Position numbers and translations under genes: made by a program | Source of the DNA: Escherichia coli | Lineage (GTDB): Bacteria > Pseudomonadota > Gammaproteobacteria > Enterobacterales > Enterobacteriaceae | Reading direction: 5' to 3' (one strand) | DNA length: 64,000 nt | Assembly: GCF_036507355.1 (NCBI RefSeq) | Contig: NZ_AP027877.1 | Shown here: positions 1-11,972 of the stretch, in pieces | How the letters are laid out: the number at the start of each line of letters is the position of its first letter | How positions within the stretch are numbered: the stretch's first letter is position 1 | Notes under the pieces: model-generated | The model's input: only the letters and a program-made list of their open reading frames with translations | Databases searched by the model: none | What the model was told of the DNA's origin: nothing

Positions 1-886
1 GCGCCACCTTCATACATTCGTAGCTGTCGCACAACAAGGAACTTTGGGGCGCGCGGCTGAAACCCTTAATTTGAGTCAACCTGCGCTCTCTAAGACATTG
101 AATGAACTGGAGCAACTGACGGGCGCTCGCTTGTTTGAGCGTGGTCGTCAGGGGGCGCAACTTACCTTACCCGGCGAACAATTTTTAACGCATGCAGTCA
201 GAGTTCTTGACGCCATCAACACTGCTGGACAGTCGCTTAATCGTAAAGAAGGTCCTAATAATGATGTCGTCAGGGTTGGTGCACTACCTACTGCGGCACT
301 GGGGATATTACCTTCGGTTATAGGTCAGTTTCATCAGCAACAAAAAGAGACGACCTTGCAAGTTGCGACAATGAGTAACCCTATGATTCTGGCGGGTTTG
401 AAAACCGGGGAAATCGATATCGGCATTGGTCGGATGTCAGATCCTGAACTGATGACCGGGCTTAATTACGAACTGCTGTTTCTTGAATCGCTGAAGCTGG
501 TTGTCCGCCCTAATCACCCGCTACTTCAGGAGAACGTAACGCTAAGCCGGGTGCTGGAATGGCCGGTCGTTGTATCACCAGAAGGCACTGCGCCACGCCA
601 GCATTCAGATGCATTAGTACAGAGCCAGGGATGTAAAATTCCTTCGGGTTGTATCGAAACGCTGTCTGCTTCGCTATCTCGTCAACTTACGGTTGAATAC
701 GACTACGTGTGGTTTGTCCCTTCTGGCGCGGTAAAAGACGACCTGCGTCATGCCACGCTGGTGGCCCTGCCTGTTCCGGGACATGGTGCAGGCGAACCGA
801 TTGGAATACTGACCCGCGTAGATGCGACGTTCTCTTCTGGTTGCCAGTTGATGATTAACGCTATTCGAAAATCAATGCCGTTCTGA
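1..886 (+). CDS. ydcI: LysR-family transcriptional regulator, 5' end lies outside the window
   Basis: Reading frame is open from the window edge (…LRHLHTFVAVAQQGTLGRAAETLNLSQPALSKTL…, a LysR-type HTH) and continues into ORF 44..886; symbol from synteny next to trg. Confidence 0.7.
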   Translation, partial: RHLHTFVAVAQQGTLGRAAETLNLSQPALSKTLNELEQLTGARLFERGRQGAQLTLPGEQFLTHAVRVLDAINTAGQSLNRKEGPNNDVVRVGALPTAALGILPSVIGQFHQQQKETTLQVATMSNPMILAGLKTGEIDIGIGRMSDPELMTGLNYELLFLESLKLVVRPNHPLLQENVTLSRVLEWPVVVSPEGTAPRQHSDALVQSQGCKIPSGCIETLSASLSRQLTVEYDYVWFVPSGAVKDDLRHATLVALPVPGHGAGEPIGILTRVDATFSSGCQLMINAIRKSMPF

Positions 887-923
887 AAGGTGAAGGGATC
901 TGTCGATCCCTCCTTGAACATTT

Positions 924-2564
924 TCACACCGTAGCGAAACTAACTTGTTCACCCGCTCCGCGAGGTTCTGCCGACACAGAATGTTTGTTCAGACGGAATA
1001 CGTCCACCGCCTCAGTTAATCGTGCAGCCTGTTCTTCAAGGGACACCGCCGCTGCTGAGGCCTCTTCTACCAGAGAAGCATTCTGTTGCGTCACCTTATC
1101 CATTTCAGAAATCGCCTGGCTAACCTGAGTTATGCCTCTACTTTGCTCATCCGAGGCGGCGGCGATTTCCTGCATGATATGTGTGACACTCGCGACGGCA
1201 TCAACAATAGTGCTCATGGTTTTCCCGGCCGTTGCCACCTCATCCGATCCCAGGTCAATTAACCTGACTGATTCACTGATCAAGCCTTCAATCTCTTTCG
1301 CCGCCTGGGCGCTGCGGCTTGCGAGTGTCCGTACTTCGCTGGCGACAACGGCAAATCCACGCCCTTGCTCACCCGCTCGCGCAGCTTCAACGGCAGCATT
1401 CAGTGCCAGAATATTCGTCTGGAAAGCAATACTGTTGATGACGGCGGTGATCTCAGAAATTTTCTTCGAACTCATAGAGATAGCACCCATCGTTTTTACT
1501 ACCCCGGAAACCGTCTGCCCGCCATCGCTGGCTTTAATAGAAGCCTCTTGCGCCAGTTTGCTGGCATGATGCGCGTTATCCGCATTCTGTTTCACCGTCG
1601 CAGTGAGTTGCTCCATGCTGGCGGCAGTTTGTTCGATAGCCGCCGCTTGTTCTTCGGTGCGAGATGAAAGGTCCGCATTGCCAGCGGAAATTTCGCTGGT
1701 GCCACGATAAATCTCTTCCGCGCCCTGTCGAACAGTCCCTACTGTCATCCCCAGTGAATGCTGCATTTGCTGTAAATGACGACTTAAGCGACCGATTTCA
1801 TTACGACCCGCCGGTTCATCATTCATCGTCAGATCGCCACTGGCGATTTTTTCAATCCGTTGTGCGGCATGTTGCAGTGGACGAATGACGATCTGCCGTA
1901 GCACCATAAATGTTATCAGCGTCATGACCAGGGCAAGCACAAACGCGCCAATCATGAACATCCCACCCACGCGGGTGCGCTGATGGGCCAGTTCCGCCAG
2001 TTGGTTGGCTCTGGTGCTACGTATCTTAACGGCTTTGTTCAAAATATCGGTATAAGCATTATCCAGCGTTCGGATCTGCTCACTTTCATGATTGATAATT
2101 GCTTCAAACATACCATTTTTGGCATATTTCAACATAGGTTGCATACCCGTGATATAAGCCTGAAAGCGTTGATTTAATTCAGTGTCGAGGGCTTCATCAG
2201 CAGGTGTTTTCACCGGCCGATTCTGATAAGCACGATAACCTTGCTGCGACTGTTTAATCTCCGATTCGGCTTGCGCAATATTTCGCTTCATTGCTTCCAT
2301 TTCCGCAATACGACTCGCAGCCCCGGCCTGAATCATATTGATCCGGGCTGAACGCAAAAAATCTGAACTGTTCGCTAACCCGGTCCGAATCTCAATCTCC
2401 GCAGTAACATCACGCTGATCGCGATCGGCCTGCCAGAGGAAATAGCCAGCCAGGGCTGAACTTAATGCGAATAGAACTAAGATACCGCCTAGAATGCAGG
2501 CAAATAACGGAACCAACCTGATGTGATGCAAAAAACCTAATCGCTGTGAGGGAGTTGTATTCAT
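924..2564 (-). CDS. trg: Methyl-accepting chemotaxis protein (ribose/galactose sensor type)
   Basis: 546-aa ORF with two TM segments, HAMP region and the conserved MCP signalling/methylation region (…[28 protein letters not shown]…); synteny. Confidence 0.85.
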   Translation of the reverse strand: MNTTPSQRLGFLHHIRLVPLFACILGGILVLFALSSALAGYFLWQADRDQRDVTAEIEIRTGLANSSDFLRSARINMIQAGAASRIAEMEAMKRNIAQAESEIKQSQQGYRAYQNRPVKTPADEALDTELNQRFQAYITGMQPMLKYAKNGMFEAIINHESEQIRTLDNAYTDILNKAVKIRSTRANQLAELAHQRTRVGGMFMIGAFVLALVMTLITFMVLRQIVIRPLQHAAQRIEKIASGDLTMNDEPAGRNEIGRLSRHLQQMQHSLGMTVGTVRQGAEEIYRGTSEISAGNADLSSRTEEQAAAIEQTAASMEQLTATVKQNADNAHHASKLAQEASIKASDGGQTVSGVVKTMGAISMSSKKISEITAVINSIAFQTNILALNAAVEAARAGEQGRGFAVVASEVRTLASRSAQAAKEIEGLISESVRLIDLGSDEVATAGKTMSTIVDAVASVTHIMQEIAAASDEQSRGITQVSQAISEMDKVTQQNASLVEEASAAAVSLEEQAARLTEAVDVFRLNKHSVSAEPRGAGEQVSFATV

Positions 2565-2904
2565 TACCGTTGTCTCTCGTCTAGGTTTACTCCTGATAGA
2601 AAGTCATCGGCATTTGACGGTAATTACTTACGACTAAAAGCCTCTTTGCGTCACATTTTTACAACAATTATTGCAGAGAAGATTAATGCCATTGGAATGA
2701 AGAGAGTAACGAATGGTTAAACTGGCTAACCCGAATGACGAAAAATTCTGGAAAACAGCACGCAATTTCGTCAGGTGATTATTTTCGTCCCTAAGGAAAC
2801 CACATAGGATGCTCACGGGTGCCTGAGACTTTCTGTTTTCAGGCTAACCGGGAATCAGAAAGACGAAGGCCCCGACCGATATTTCTATCAACCGAGGCCA
2901 ACGA

Positions 2905-3112
<208 letters not shown>

Positions 3113-3116
3113 GGGC

Positions 3117-3140
3117 AAGCGCGGGGATTTTCCCCGCGCA
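3117..3140 (+). terminator. Stem-loop just downstream of hokB (gcgcgggga-ttt-tccccgcgc)
   Basis: Perfect GC-rich inverted repeat immediately after the hokB stop; no clear T-run, so function as terminator or mRNA fold element is uncertain. Confidence 0.4.
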
Positions 3141-3183
3141 TCTGACTAGCAGATTCATTTTCTCATGGCACCCCTTTTATACT

Positions 3184-3357
3184 TCAGTTAGTGCATGTTT
3201 TTTTCGATGCACTAATAGAACCATCATTACAGACAAATTTGCCGCCTGCCGTACAGTGTGAGATCCCCCCTTTCGAACCAGAACAGGGTTTGCGCCCGGC
3301 ATCGGCATAAAAGGAAACAAGCGTTCCCATAAACAAAATAAGTGCCAGTTTTTTCAT
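3184..3357 (-). CDS. ydcA: Small Cys-rich secreted protein (57 aa)
   Basis: Manual translation gives MKKLALILFMGTLVSFYADAGRKPCSGSKGGISHCTAGGKFVCNDGSISASKKTCTN (signal peptide, 4 Cys); position between hokB and cybB. Confidence 0.6.
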   Translation of the reverse strand: MKKLALILFMGTLVSFYADAGRKPCSGSKGGISHCTAGGKFVCNDGSISASKKTCTN

Positions 3358-3601
3358 ATAACCTCCATGGTTTATCGAATCTTATGTTCGATTTGAACGT
3401 TATACGCTGGTTTATTTTGATACCGTTGATGAGATCAAAGATCGGGTGAATTGATTAAAAATAAGCCAGATGGACGTATGGGCAAGGATTATGGTTTTAT
3501 TTGTCATACAAATAAATATAATAGGCGCTTCCGATGTAGACCCGTATTCTTCGCCTGTACCACGGGTCGGTTTTAGTACAGGCGTTTTCTTTAAATATCC
3601 T

Positions 3602-4132
3602 TCAGGAACGTTTACGCGGCATCATGCGTAGAAGTGTGTTGTCCTTCCAGAAATAGTGGTGTGCCAGTGCAGCCGCAGCGTGCAACCCGATGACAAAATA
3701 TCCCAGATTCGCCAGCGTTTCATGCCACGACTTTAAGCTATCTACCCGTTCGAAATTGGCCTCTGAAGCGTAAGGCATCGTCAAACCAAACGCAAACCAC
3801 GGGTTGCCCCGGTTATACATCATCACCAAACCAATCACTGGCAGCGCAATAAACAGGAGATAAATCACCAAATGTCCCAAATGCGCCAGTCCCGTCATCA
3901 TCGGTTTCGGCTTAGGTATAATCGGCGGGGGTGGGTATTTCAGTCTTAACAAAAGACGAACCACCATCAGCACGAGAATTGAGATGCCACAGGAAACATG
4001 AATCATGTTGATGAGCGGCCGATCGCTACGTGGGAAGAAACCACGAAACTCCATTGCGCAATACGCTGCGATAACCAGCAAAAAGACCAGCCAGTGAATG
4101 CCGATTTGTAACCTTGAGTATTTATTTTCCAT
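3602..4132 (-). CDS. cybB: Cytochrome b561
   Basis: Four-TM protein with conserved His ligands; start placed at the internal ATG giving MENKYSRLQIGIHW… (the ORF track begins 12 codons upstream). Confidence 0.85.
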   Translation of the reverse strand: MENKYSRLQIGIHWLVFLLVIAAYCAMEFRGFFPRSDRPLINMIHVSCGISILVLMVVRLLLRLKYPPPPIIPKPKPMMTGLAHLGHLVIYLLFIALPVIGLVMMYNRGNPWFAFGLTMPYASEANFERVDSLKSWHETLANLGYFVIGLHAAAALAHHYFWKDNTLLRMMPRKRS

Positions 4133-4320
4133 AACATTTCCTGCTTTAACATAATTTTCCGTTAACATAACGGGCTTTTCTCAAAATTTCATTAAATATT
4201 GTTCGCCCGTTTTCAGTACGTTACGTTTCACTGTAAGAATGGAGATTGCCCATCCCACAATCCTGGTCTAAGCCTGGAAAGGATCAATTTTCATCCGAAC
4301 GTTCCTGACAGGAGAAAACC

Positions 4321-5322
4321 ATGAGTAAAGTTGGTATTAACGGTTTTGGTCGTATCGGTCGACTGGTGTTGCGTCGTTTACTTGAAGTCAAAAGCAACAT
4401 AGACGTTGTCGCTATTAATGATCTTACTTCCCCAAAAATTCTCGCCTATCTGCTGAAACATGATTCAAACTATGGTCCGTTCCCCTGGAGCGTTGATTTT
4501 ACGGAAGATTCACTTATCGTTGATGGGAAAAGTATCGCGATTTACGCCGAAAAAGAGGCTAAAAATATTCCGTGGAAAGCGAAAGGGGCAGAAATCATTG
4601 TCGAATGTACTGGCTTTTATACCTCCGCCGATAAATCGCAGGCGCATCTTGATGCTGGTGCGAAGAAGGTGTTGATTTCCGCTCCTGCCGGTGAAATGAA
4701 AACCATCGTTTATAACGTTAATGACGACACTCTGGATGGCAACGACACCATTGTTTCCGTGGCGTCATGCACCACTAACTGCCTTGCGCCGATGGCCAAA
4801 GCCTTGCATGACAGTTTCGGGATAGAAGTCGGCACGATGACGACCATTCATGCCTATACTGGCACCCAGTCACTGGTGAATGGCCCGCGTGGTAAAGATT
4901 TACGTGCTTCACGCGCAGCGGCAGAAAATATCATTCCCCACACTACGGGGGCGGCAAAAGCCATTGGTCTGGTGATCCCGGAACTGAGCGGCAAACTGAA
5001 AGGTCATGCGCAACGCGTGCCGGTGAAAACAGGTTCGGTCACTGAGCTGGTGTCCATTCTCGGAAAAAAAGTGACTGCCGAAGAGGTGAATAACGCACTT
5101 AAACAAGCAACCACCAATAACGAGTCATTTGGTTATACCGATGAAGAAATAGTCTCTTCCGATATCATTGGCAGCCATTTCGGTTCAGTGTTTGATGCCA
5201 CGCAAACGGAAATTACCGCCGTGGGCGATTTACAACTGGTGAAAACGGTCGCCTGGTACGATAACGAATATGGCTTCGTCACGCAGCTTATTCGCACCCT
5301 CGAAAAATTCGCTAAACTCTGA
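4321..5322 (+). CDS. gapC: Glyceraldehyde-3-phosphate dehydrogenase, apparently intact
   Basis: 333-aa uninterrupted ORF with NAD-binding [10 protein letters not shown] and catalytic [10 protein letters not shown] motifs. Confidence 0.85.
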   Translation: MSKVGINGFGRIGRLVLRRLLEVKSNIDVVAINDLTSPKILAYLLKHDSNYGPFPWSVDFTEDSLIVDGKSIAIYAEKEAKNIPWKAKGAEIIVECTGFYTSADKSQAHLDAGAKKVLISAPAGEMKTIVYNVNDDTLDGNDTIVSVASCTTNCLAPMAKALHDSFGIEVGTMTTIHAYTGTQSLVNGPRGKDLRASRAAAENIIPHTTGAAKAIGLVIPELSGKLKGHAQRVPVKTGSVTELVSILGKKVTAEEVNNALKQATTNNESFGYTDEEIVSSDIIGSHFGSVFDATQTEITAVGDLQLVKTVAWYDNEYGFVTQLIRTLEKFAKL

Positions 5323-5330
5323 CGCGCACA

Positions 5331-5360
5331 GGCGGAGGGAAAAAACCTCCGCCTCTTTCA
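5331..5360. terminator. Bidirectional stem-loop between convergent gapC and aldA
   Basis: ggcggaggg-aaaaaa-cctccgcc followed by a T-rich stretch, lying between the two stop codons. Confidence 0.55.
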
Positions 5361-5364
5361 CTCA

Positions 5365-6804
5365 TTAAGACTGTAAATAAACCACCTGGGTCTGCAGATA
5401 TTCATGCAGGCCATGTTTACCATCTGCGCCGCCAATACCGGATTTACGCCATCCGGCGTGGAAGCCTTGCATAGCTTCGAAGTTTTCACGATTGATGTAA
5501 GTTTCACCAAACTTCAGCCCTTTAATGGCTTTCATCGCGACGTTCAGATTTTGGGTATAGATTGATGAGGTCAGGCCGTAATCACTGTCATTAGCCATTG
5601 AGATAGCATCTTCCAGCGTGTCAAATGCGACTACCGGCAGAACCGGGCCAAAGGTTTCCTCATGCATAATCGACATTTCCTGGCGAACATCCAGCAGCAA
5701 TGTCGGCGGATAATAATATCCTTTCCCCTCTACCGCTTTGCCACCCAACGCCACTCTCGCCCCTTCTTCTACTGCGCGCGCCACTTTTTGCTCGACCCTT
5801 TCCAGCGCCGCGGCGTTAATCAACGGCCCCATCGCAATGTCGTTGCGTTCAGCGGGGTTACCAAATTGAACCGCCTGCATCGCTTCACCCAGCCGATTGA
5901 CGAACTGATCATAAATGCCTTTCTGTACATAAACACGTTCTGCACAGTTACACACTTGCCCACTATTAATGACGCGTGAATCAACGATGGCTTTGACTGC
6001 CAGTTCAAGATCGGCATCGTCCATTACGATAGCTGGTGCTTTACCCCCCAGTTCCAGGCACACTTTGGTGATGTTTTTCGCCGCAGTCGCCATGATCTTC
6101 TCACCTGCAGAGACGCTGCCTGTCATACTGACCATTGCGACCTTTGGGTTACCCGCCAGTTCTTGCCCAACGGTTTCACCACACCCCAGAACAAGGTTAA
6201 ACACGCCGCGCGGAAGGCCTATTTCATCGACGATTTTGGCGAATGCAATCGCATTGTTTGGCGTAAATTCACTGGGTTTAATGACAATGGTATTACCAGT
6301 CAAAAGAGCGGGAGCCATTTTGCGGGCAATGAGGAAGAACGGGAAGTTCCACGGCAGAATGCCGGTAGTCACACCAAGCGCACGTTTAAACAGAAGAATA
6401 TTTTCTCCTGGACGATCGCTTTGAATAATCTCGCCCTCGTAACGCCGTGCCCACTCCGCCATGTAATCGATATAGTCGGCAGTAAAAGCCACTTCGACTT
6501 CAGCCAGCTGCTGGATCTTGCCCCCTTCTTCAACAATCAGCGCACTGATTTCACTGGCGCGTTCGCGGATCCCGGCGGAGATTTTGCGCAACCAACTGGC
6601 GCGTTCAATAGCAGGCAACGCTTCCCATTCTGGTTGTGCACGTTCTGCTGCATCGATTGCCTTACGGGCATCCTCGGCCTGACCATCGGGTATGCGGGAA
6701 ATGACAGCCTCTGTAGCAGGGTTTACCACATCAATCCATGCGTCTCCACGCCAGGTAACAAACTGTCCATCGATATACATAGGATGTTGAACGGGTACTG
6801 ACAT
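5365..6804 (-). CDS. aldA: NAD-dependent aldehyde dehydrogenase (lactaldehyde dehydrogenase type)
   Basis: 479-aa ORF with ALDH family features (catalytic Cys region …GQVCNCAERVYVQ…); synteny. Confidence 0.9.
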   Translation of the reverse strand: MSVPVQHPMYIDGQFVTWRGDAWIDVVNPATEAVISRIPDGQAEDARKAIDAAERAQPEWEALPAIERASWLRKISAGIRERASEISALIVEEGGKIQQLAEVEVAFTADYIDYMAEWARRYEGEIIQSDRPGENILLFKRALGVTTGILPWNFPFFLIARKMAPALLTGNTIVIKPSEFTPNNAIAFAKIVDEIGLPRGVFNLVLGCGETVGQELAGNPKVAMVSMTGSVSAGEKIMATAAKNITKVCLELGGKAPAIVMDDADLELAVKAIVDSRVINSGQVCNCAERVYVQKGIYDQFVNRLGEAMQAVQFGNPAERNDIAMGPLINAAALERVEQKVARAVEEGARVALGGKAVEGKGYYYPPTLLLDVRQEMSIMHEETFGPVLPVVAFDTLEDAISMANDSDYGLTSSIYTQNLNVAMKAIKGLKFGETYINRENFEAMQGFHAGWRKSGIGGADGKHGLHEYLQTQVVYLQS

Positions 6805-7000
6805 GGGCGACTCCTGTGATTTATATGTTTGTTTTCGGTGAATACATTGTTAATTAACATCAATCATCATAGAGACGGCATCGTGAAAGGACAATTCTGT
6901 GAAGGGCTTCATAAAAACAAGTGTAAAAGGAATAAAAGGCAGAAATAAAAGTCAGGAGTCATGCCCGTTTGCAAACAAGTGGTTCACAAACGGGCAATTT

Positions 7001-7801
7001 TTAACGTAACGAGCGACTTTCCATCGCCTCGATGAGCACCGCATCGTGTTTAAGCGTTTGCCATGCCTGAATGACTTCTGCCGGAAAATCAACGTGAACG
7101 ATAAAATCTCGCCCGCGGGGACCGTAGCCATCGCTATCATCGCGTAAACGCGGCAGCTCGCCAGTGAGTAGTGAGAGATAACGCTCAACCGGCCATAATC
7201 CTTGTAACTGATTAATAAAGATTACACTGTCTGCGTTATTTCCTAACTGAGGAACGAATCCGGGATAACTCAACCAGCGGGGTGCATCGGGATTGTCCCC
7301 GGTCATACGGCGGAACGTTGCCATCGTGCGCCGCTGCATGGTGGGGTCCTGTACAACGATAGCCGTATGAACTCGTTCTACGGCCTGATTCAATAGCGCG
7401 ATGCTAAAGCGTGCGTTTTCACCGCAGTTTGTTGACTGGTCTTCAACCCAGATTTTTTCATGCGGAATATGCCAGAACTGATGAGCGATATCCGCCAGGA
7501 TGGTCGCTTCTGCTCTGCCAGTGGTGCGGATAGTGTTGTAGTGCGGATGCTGTGCGATGGCGCTATACAAAAAAGTTGTCGAGTGACCGATACCACCACT
7601 AATCAGTAAAGGAATTTGCTGATCGCGAGCAATCTTACATGCCGCATCGATAGTCGGCATAACCGCATTTCCTGCAAGTATGACGCAATCAGCCTGATAC
7701 GGCACCTCACCGGAGAAATCATCCTGCGCCAGCCACTGTCCGATAACATTTATGGCATCTATAGTTGCCGTCGAAAGCGTCGGAAACGGGGTAATGTTCA
7801 T
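7001..7801 (-). CDS. ydcF: DUF218-family protein
   Basis: 266-aa ORF between aldA and hrpA; symbol from synteny. Confidence 0.7.
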   Translation of the reverse strand: MNITPFPTLSTATIDAINVIGQWLAQDDFSGEVPYQADCVILAGNAVMPTIDAACKIARDQQIPLLISGGIGHSTTFLYSAIAQHPHYNTIRTTGRAEATILADIAHQFWHIPHEKIWVEDQSTNCGENARFSIALLNQAVERVHTAIVVQDPTMQRRTMATFRRMTGDNPDAPRWLSYPGFVPQLGNNADSVIFINQLQGLWPVERYLSLLTGELPRLRDDSDGYGPRGRDFIVHVDFPAEVIQAWQTLKHDAVLIEAMESRSLR

Positions 7802-8069
7802 GGTTCCTCCTTATCGTTCCCTTCAGAATACTGCGTGAGATAATAGTGAGAAGCGGAGCACTCTGAAAGGAGGAAGTCGTATGTCCTTAACCGCCACTCC
7901 GCAAGCCTGACATATCTTTTAAGGAAATGCTGTAGATAAACATTATTCATCTTGCAGCAGAGAATTGTATTTTTCAGAATTCCTGAATTTTTGCCCTTAC
8001 CGTTTTAGAATTAAAAAACCCGGCGCTAAATGCTTACCGGGTTTTAGATTTATCAGGCAAATAGCAGGG

Positions 8070-11000
8070 TTAACCGCTAATCTGCTCCATCGCCTGCAAA
8101 ATACGCTTATCTGAAATAGGATAAGGCGTACCAAGTTGTTGAGCGAAGTAACTAACGCGCAGCTCTTCTATCATCCAACGGATCTCTTTCACGTCTTCAT
8201 CCTCACGACGTGCAGGCGGCAGTTTGTTGATCCATTGCTGCCACGCCTGCTGGACGTTTTCGACTTTCAGCATCTGAGCACGGTCGCGATGCGGATCAAC
8301 CGCCAGTTTTTCCAGCCGTTTTTCAATCGCCTGCAAATAACGCAGCGTGTCGCCCAGCCGTTTGAAGCCGTTACCAGTCACAAAACCGCGATACACCAGC
8401 CCGCCCATCTGCGCTTTAATGTCAGAAAGCCCCAGCGCCATCGTCATATCCACCCGCCCTTTCAGGCGTTTGTTGATATTGAACACCGCAGTGAGGATTT
8501 GCTCGACCTGCTTCGCAATATCCACCACCGTGTCATTCAGTTCGGCGCGCACTTTTTCATGCAGCGCAGCAAAGCCTTCTTCCGTCCAGACCGGGCCACC
8601 ATTGGCGTCGATCAGTTGATCCACGCCGCAGGAGATACAATCGTCGATCAGATCCAACACTTTGCCATACGGGTTAAAGTACAGCCCTAACTTGGCTTTA
8701 TTTGGCAACTTCTCATGCAAATATTTGATTGGCGAAGGAATATTCAGCAACAGTAAACGGCGAAGGCCGTTCCACATTGCCTGTTTTTGCTCCAGCGGAT
8801 TATCAAACAGTTTGATCGCCACACTGTCGCGTTCATCAACCAGCGCAGGCCACGCCTTCACTTTGTAGTTGCCACGCTTCTGCTCGTAGCTTTCCGGCAG
8901 TTGTCCAAAGCTCCAGATATGCAGTCCGCTCTGCTCGATACCGTCATCCGCCACCGCAGACAACGTTTCCTGTACTTTGCCTTTTAGCGCCTCTTTCAGT
9001 GCCTGCAAAGAACGTCCTTCCTGAAGCTTCTTGTTTTTGTCATCCACCACGCGGAAGGTGATTTTCAGGTGATCGGGCACTTGATCCCAGTGCCAGTCTT
9101 CGCGGTCAACGGTAACGCCGGTCATCCGCCGTAACTCGCGCTCAAGGCTGTCGAGCAACGGTAACTCCAATGGTGTTGCGCGGCCTAAAAACGCTTCGGC
9201 GTAGTTTGGCGCAGGTACAAAATTACGGCGTACCGGTTTCGGCAGCGATTTAATCAGAGCAATCACCAGTTCGCGGCGCAGACCGGGGATCTGCCACTCA
9301 AACCCGCTCTCCTCAACCTGGTTAAGCAGCGGCAGCGGAATATGTACGGTCACGCCGTCAGCATCTGCCCCCGGCTCAAACTGATAGCTCAAACGCAGCT
9401 TGAGATTGCCCTGATGCCAGAAGTTCGGGTAATCCAGTTTGCTGATTTTTTCTGCGCCCTCTTTGATCAACATGCTTTTTTCAAAGTTGAGCAAATCAGG
9501 GGTTTCGCGGCTGACTTTTTTCCACCAGCTGTCGAAGTGACGAGCGGAGATTACATCGTGGCTGATGCGCTGGTCGTAGAACTCAAACAGCGTTTCGTCA
9601 TCCACCAGAATATCGCGGCGACGTGATTTGTGTTCCAGCTCTTCCACTTCCGCCCGCAGTTTCAGGTTTTCACGGAAGAATGCGTGACGCGTCTGCCAGT
9701 CACCTTCCACCAGCGCGTGGCGAATAAAGAGTTCACGACATAACGCCGGATCGATCTGGCTGTAGTTGACCTTGCGCGCAGCAACAATCGGCAAACCATA
9801 AACAGTGACTTTTTCCGTTGCCATCACCGCGCCCTGCGCCCGTTCCCAGTGCGGTTCGCTGTAGGTGCGTTTAATCAAATGCTGAGCGACAGGCTCCACC
9901 CATTCCGGGTCGATACGCGCAGCAATGCGGCCCCACAGGCGGCTGGTTTCTACCAGTTCCGCCACCATTACCCATTTCGGCGGTTTTTTGAATAAACCAG
10001 AACCGGGGAAGATGGAGAAACGCGCGTTACGTGCGCCGGTATATTCTTGTTTATCGGCATCTTTCATGCCGATATGCGAAAGCAAACCGGTCAGTAAGGC
10101 GATGTGAATTTCGCGATACTCCGCCGGTTCGCTGTTAACCGGAATGCCAAGCTCTTTCACCACCTGGCGCAACTGAGTGTAGATATCCTGCCATTCGCGC
10201 ACGCGCAGATAGTTGAGATAATCGGTACGACACAGGCGACGGAAGGCGTTAGAAGAAAGCGCCTTTTGCTGCTCGCCAAGATAATTCCACAGATTTACAA
10301 ACGCGAGGAAGTCGGATTCTTTGTCGTGGAAGCGACGATGTTTTTCGTCCGATGCCTGCTGTTTGTCCATCGGACGTTCGCGCGGATCCTGAATGGAGAG
10401 CGCGGACGTGATAATCATCGCCTCACGCACGCAGCCATGTTTTTGCGCTTCCAGCACCATACGCGCCAGACGTGGGTCGACAGGCAACTGCGAGAGCTGG
10501 CGACCGAGCGGCGTCAGTTTATAGGCGCTGGCCTGTTCATCAGTGGTGATCGCGCCCAGCTCTTCGAGCAGACGCACGCCATCCTGGATATTGCGTTTAT
10601 CCGGTGCTTCGACAAACGGGAACGCAGCGATATCGCCCAGCCCCAGCGCGGTCATCTGCAAAATAACCGAGGCCAGGTTGGTACGCAGAATCTCCGGATC
10701 GGTAAACTCCGGGCGCGAGAGGAAATCGTCTTCGGAATAGAGACGAATACAGATCCCTTCGGACACACGACCACAGCGGCCTTTACGCTGATTGGCAGAC
10801 GCCTGGGAAATCGGCTCAATCGGCAAACGCTGCACTTTGGTGCGATAGCTGTAGCGGCTGATACGTGCTGTACCGGGGTCGATAACGTATTTAATCCCCG
10901 GTACGGTCAGCGAGGTTTCCGCGACGTTGGTCGCCAGCACAATACGCCGTCCACTGTGCGACTGGAACACGCGGTTCTGTTCGCTGTTCGAAAGCCGCGC

Positions 11001-11972
11001 ATAAAGCGGCAAGATTTCGGTATGACGCAGATTTAGCTTGTTCAGCGCATCGGCGGTATCGCGAATTTCCCGCTCGCCGCTCATAAAGATCAGAATGTCG
11101 CCGGGGCTTTCCTGGCTCAGTTCGTCTACGGCGTCAAAAATCGCCTGCAATTGATCGCGCTCGGTGTCATCGGCTTCTTCAACAATCGGGCGATAGCGCA
11201 CTTCCACCGGATAGGTCCGACCGGAGACTTCAATAATCGGCGCATTATTAAAGTGGCGCGAAAAGCGTTCCGGGTCGATAGTCGCGGAAGTGATAATGAT
11301 TTTTAGGTCAGGACGCCGCGGCAGCAACTCTTTCAAATAGCCGAGCAAAAAATCGATATTCAGGCTGCGTTCGTGCGCTTCGTCAATAATGATAGTGTCG
11401 TACTGCATCAGCAGGCGGTCTTGCTGGATCTCCGCCAGCAGGATACCGTCGGTCATCAGCTTGACCATCGTGTTATCACTTACGTGATCGCTGAAACGCA
11501 CTTTGTAACCGATGCAACCGCCCGGCTCCGTTTTCAGCTCTTCCGCAATACGGTTCGCCACTGTTCTTGCCGCCAGACGACGCGGCTGGGTATGGCCGAT
11601 CAGCCCTTTAATCCCGCGCCCCAGCTCCATACAGATTTTCGGTAGCTGAGTCGTTTTACCGGAACCGGTTTCCCCGGCGACGATCACCACCTGGTGATCA
11701 CGAATCGCTTCGAGAATGTCCTGCTTTTTCTGACTAACCGGTAAATTGTCAGGGTAAGTAATTTCCGGTCGTGCCGCTTCACGCAGCAGGACTTTCCCTG
11801 CCGCCTGGTCAATCTCTTTCGCCATCTCCTGGAAAATGGCCTGTTGTGCATCAGGATTTTTAACCTTCTTCACACCATGCAGACGGCGAGAAAAACGCAG
11901 TCTGTCACGCAGCATCAGCGAATCCAGCCGCTGCTGCAAAGCAGTAAAGGTCAATTTTTGTTGTTCTGTCAT
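8070..11972 (-). CDS. hrpA: ATP-dependent DEAH-box RNA helicase
   Basis: 1300-aa ORF with Walker A (GETGSGKTTQ), DEAH box (IIIDEAHERS) and helicase C motifs. Confidence 0.9.
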   Translation of the reverse strand: MTEQQKLTFTALQQRLDSLMLRDRLRFSRRLHGVKKVKNPDAQQAIFQEMAKEIDQAAGKVLLREAARPEITYPDNLPVSQKKQDILEAIRDHQVVIVAGETGSGKTTQLPKICMELGRGIKGLIGHTQPRRLAARTVANRIAEELKTEPGGCIGYKVRFSDHVSDNTMVKLMTDGILLAEIQQDRLLMQYDTIIIDEAHERSLNIDFLLGYLKELLPRRPDLKIIITSATIDPERFSRHFNNAPIIEVSGRTYPVEVRYRPIVEEADDTERDQLQAIFDAVDELSQESPGDILIFMSGEREIRDTADALNKLNLRHTEILPLYARLSNSEQNRVFQSHSGRRIVLATNVAETSLTVPGIKYVIDPGTARISRYSYRTKVQRLPIEPISQASANQRKGRCGRVSEGICIRLYSEDDFLSRPEFTDPEILRTNLASVILQMTALGLGDIAAFPFVEAPDKRNIQDGVRLLEELGAITTDEQASAYKLTPLGRQLSQLPVDPRLARMVLEAQKHGCVREAMIITSALSIQDPRERPMDKQQASDEKHRRFHDKESDFLAFVNLWNYLGEQQKALSSNAFRRLCRTDYLNYLRVREWQDIYTQLRQVVKELGIPVNSEPAEYREIHIALLTGLLSHIGMKDADKQEYTGARNARFSIFPGSGLFKKPPKWVMVAELVETSRLWGRIAARIDPEWVEPVAQHLIKRTYSEPHWERAQGAVMATEKVTVYGLPIVAARKVNYSQIDPALCRELFIRHALVEGDWQTRHAFFRENLKLRAEVEELEHKSRRRDILVDDETLFEFYDQRISHDVISARHFDSWWKKVSRETPDLLNFEKSMLIKEGAEKISKLDYPNFWHQGNLKLRLSYQFEPGADADGVTVHIPLPLLNQVEESGFEWQIPGLRRELVIALIKSLPKPVRRNFVPAPNYAEAFLGRATPLELPLLDSLERELRRMTGVTVDREDWHWDQVPDHLKITFRVVDDKNKKLQEGRSLQALKEALKGKVQETLSAVADDGIEQSGLHIWSFGQLPESYEQKRGNYKVKAWPALVDERDSVAIKLFDNPLEQKQAMWNGLRRLLLLNIPSPIKYLHEKLPNKAKLGLYFNPYGKVLDLIDDCISCGVDQLIDANGGPVWTEEGFAALHEKVRAELNDTVVDIAKQVEQILTAVFNINKRLKGRVDMTMALGLSDIKAQMGGLVYRGFVTGNGFKRLGDTLRYLQAIEKRLEKLAVDPHRDRAQMLKVENVQQAWQQWINKLPPARREDEDVKEIRWMIEELRVSYFAQQLGTPYPISDKRILQAMEQISG

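Noticed and set aside
1132-2177. Plus-strand ORFs of 64-145 aa overlapping trg
   Set aside because: Antisense shadow ORFs within the chemoreceptor gene; low-complexity Ala/Ser-rich translations.
10104-11036. 310-aa plus-strand ORF (and several 60-190-aa ORFs) inside hrpA
   Set aside because: Antisense to a well-supported 1300-aa helicase gene, with no RBS or recognisable domains; typical shadow ORFs in GC-rich coding sequence.
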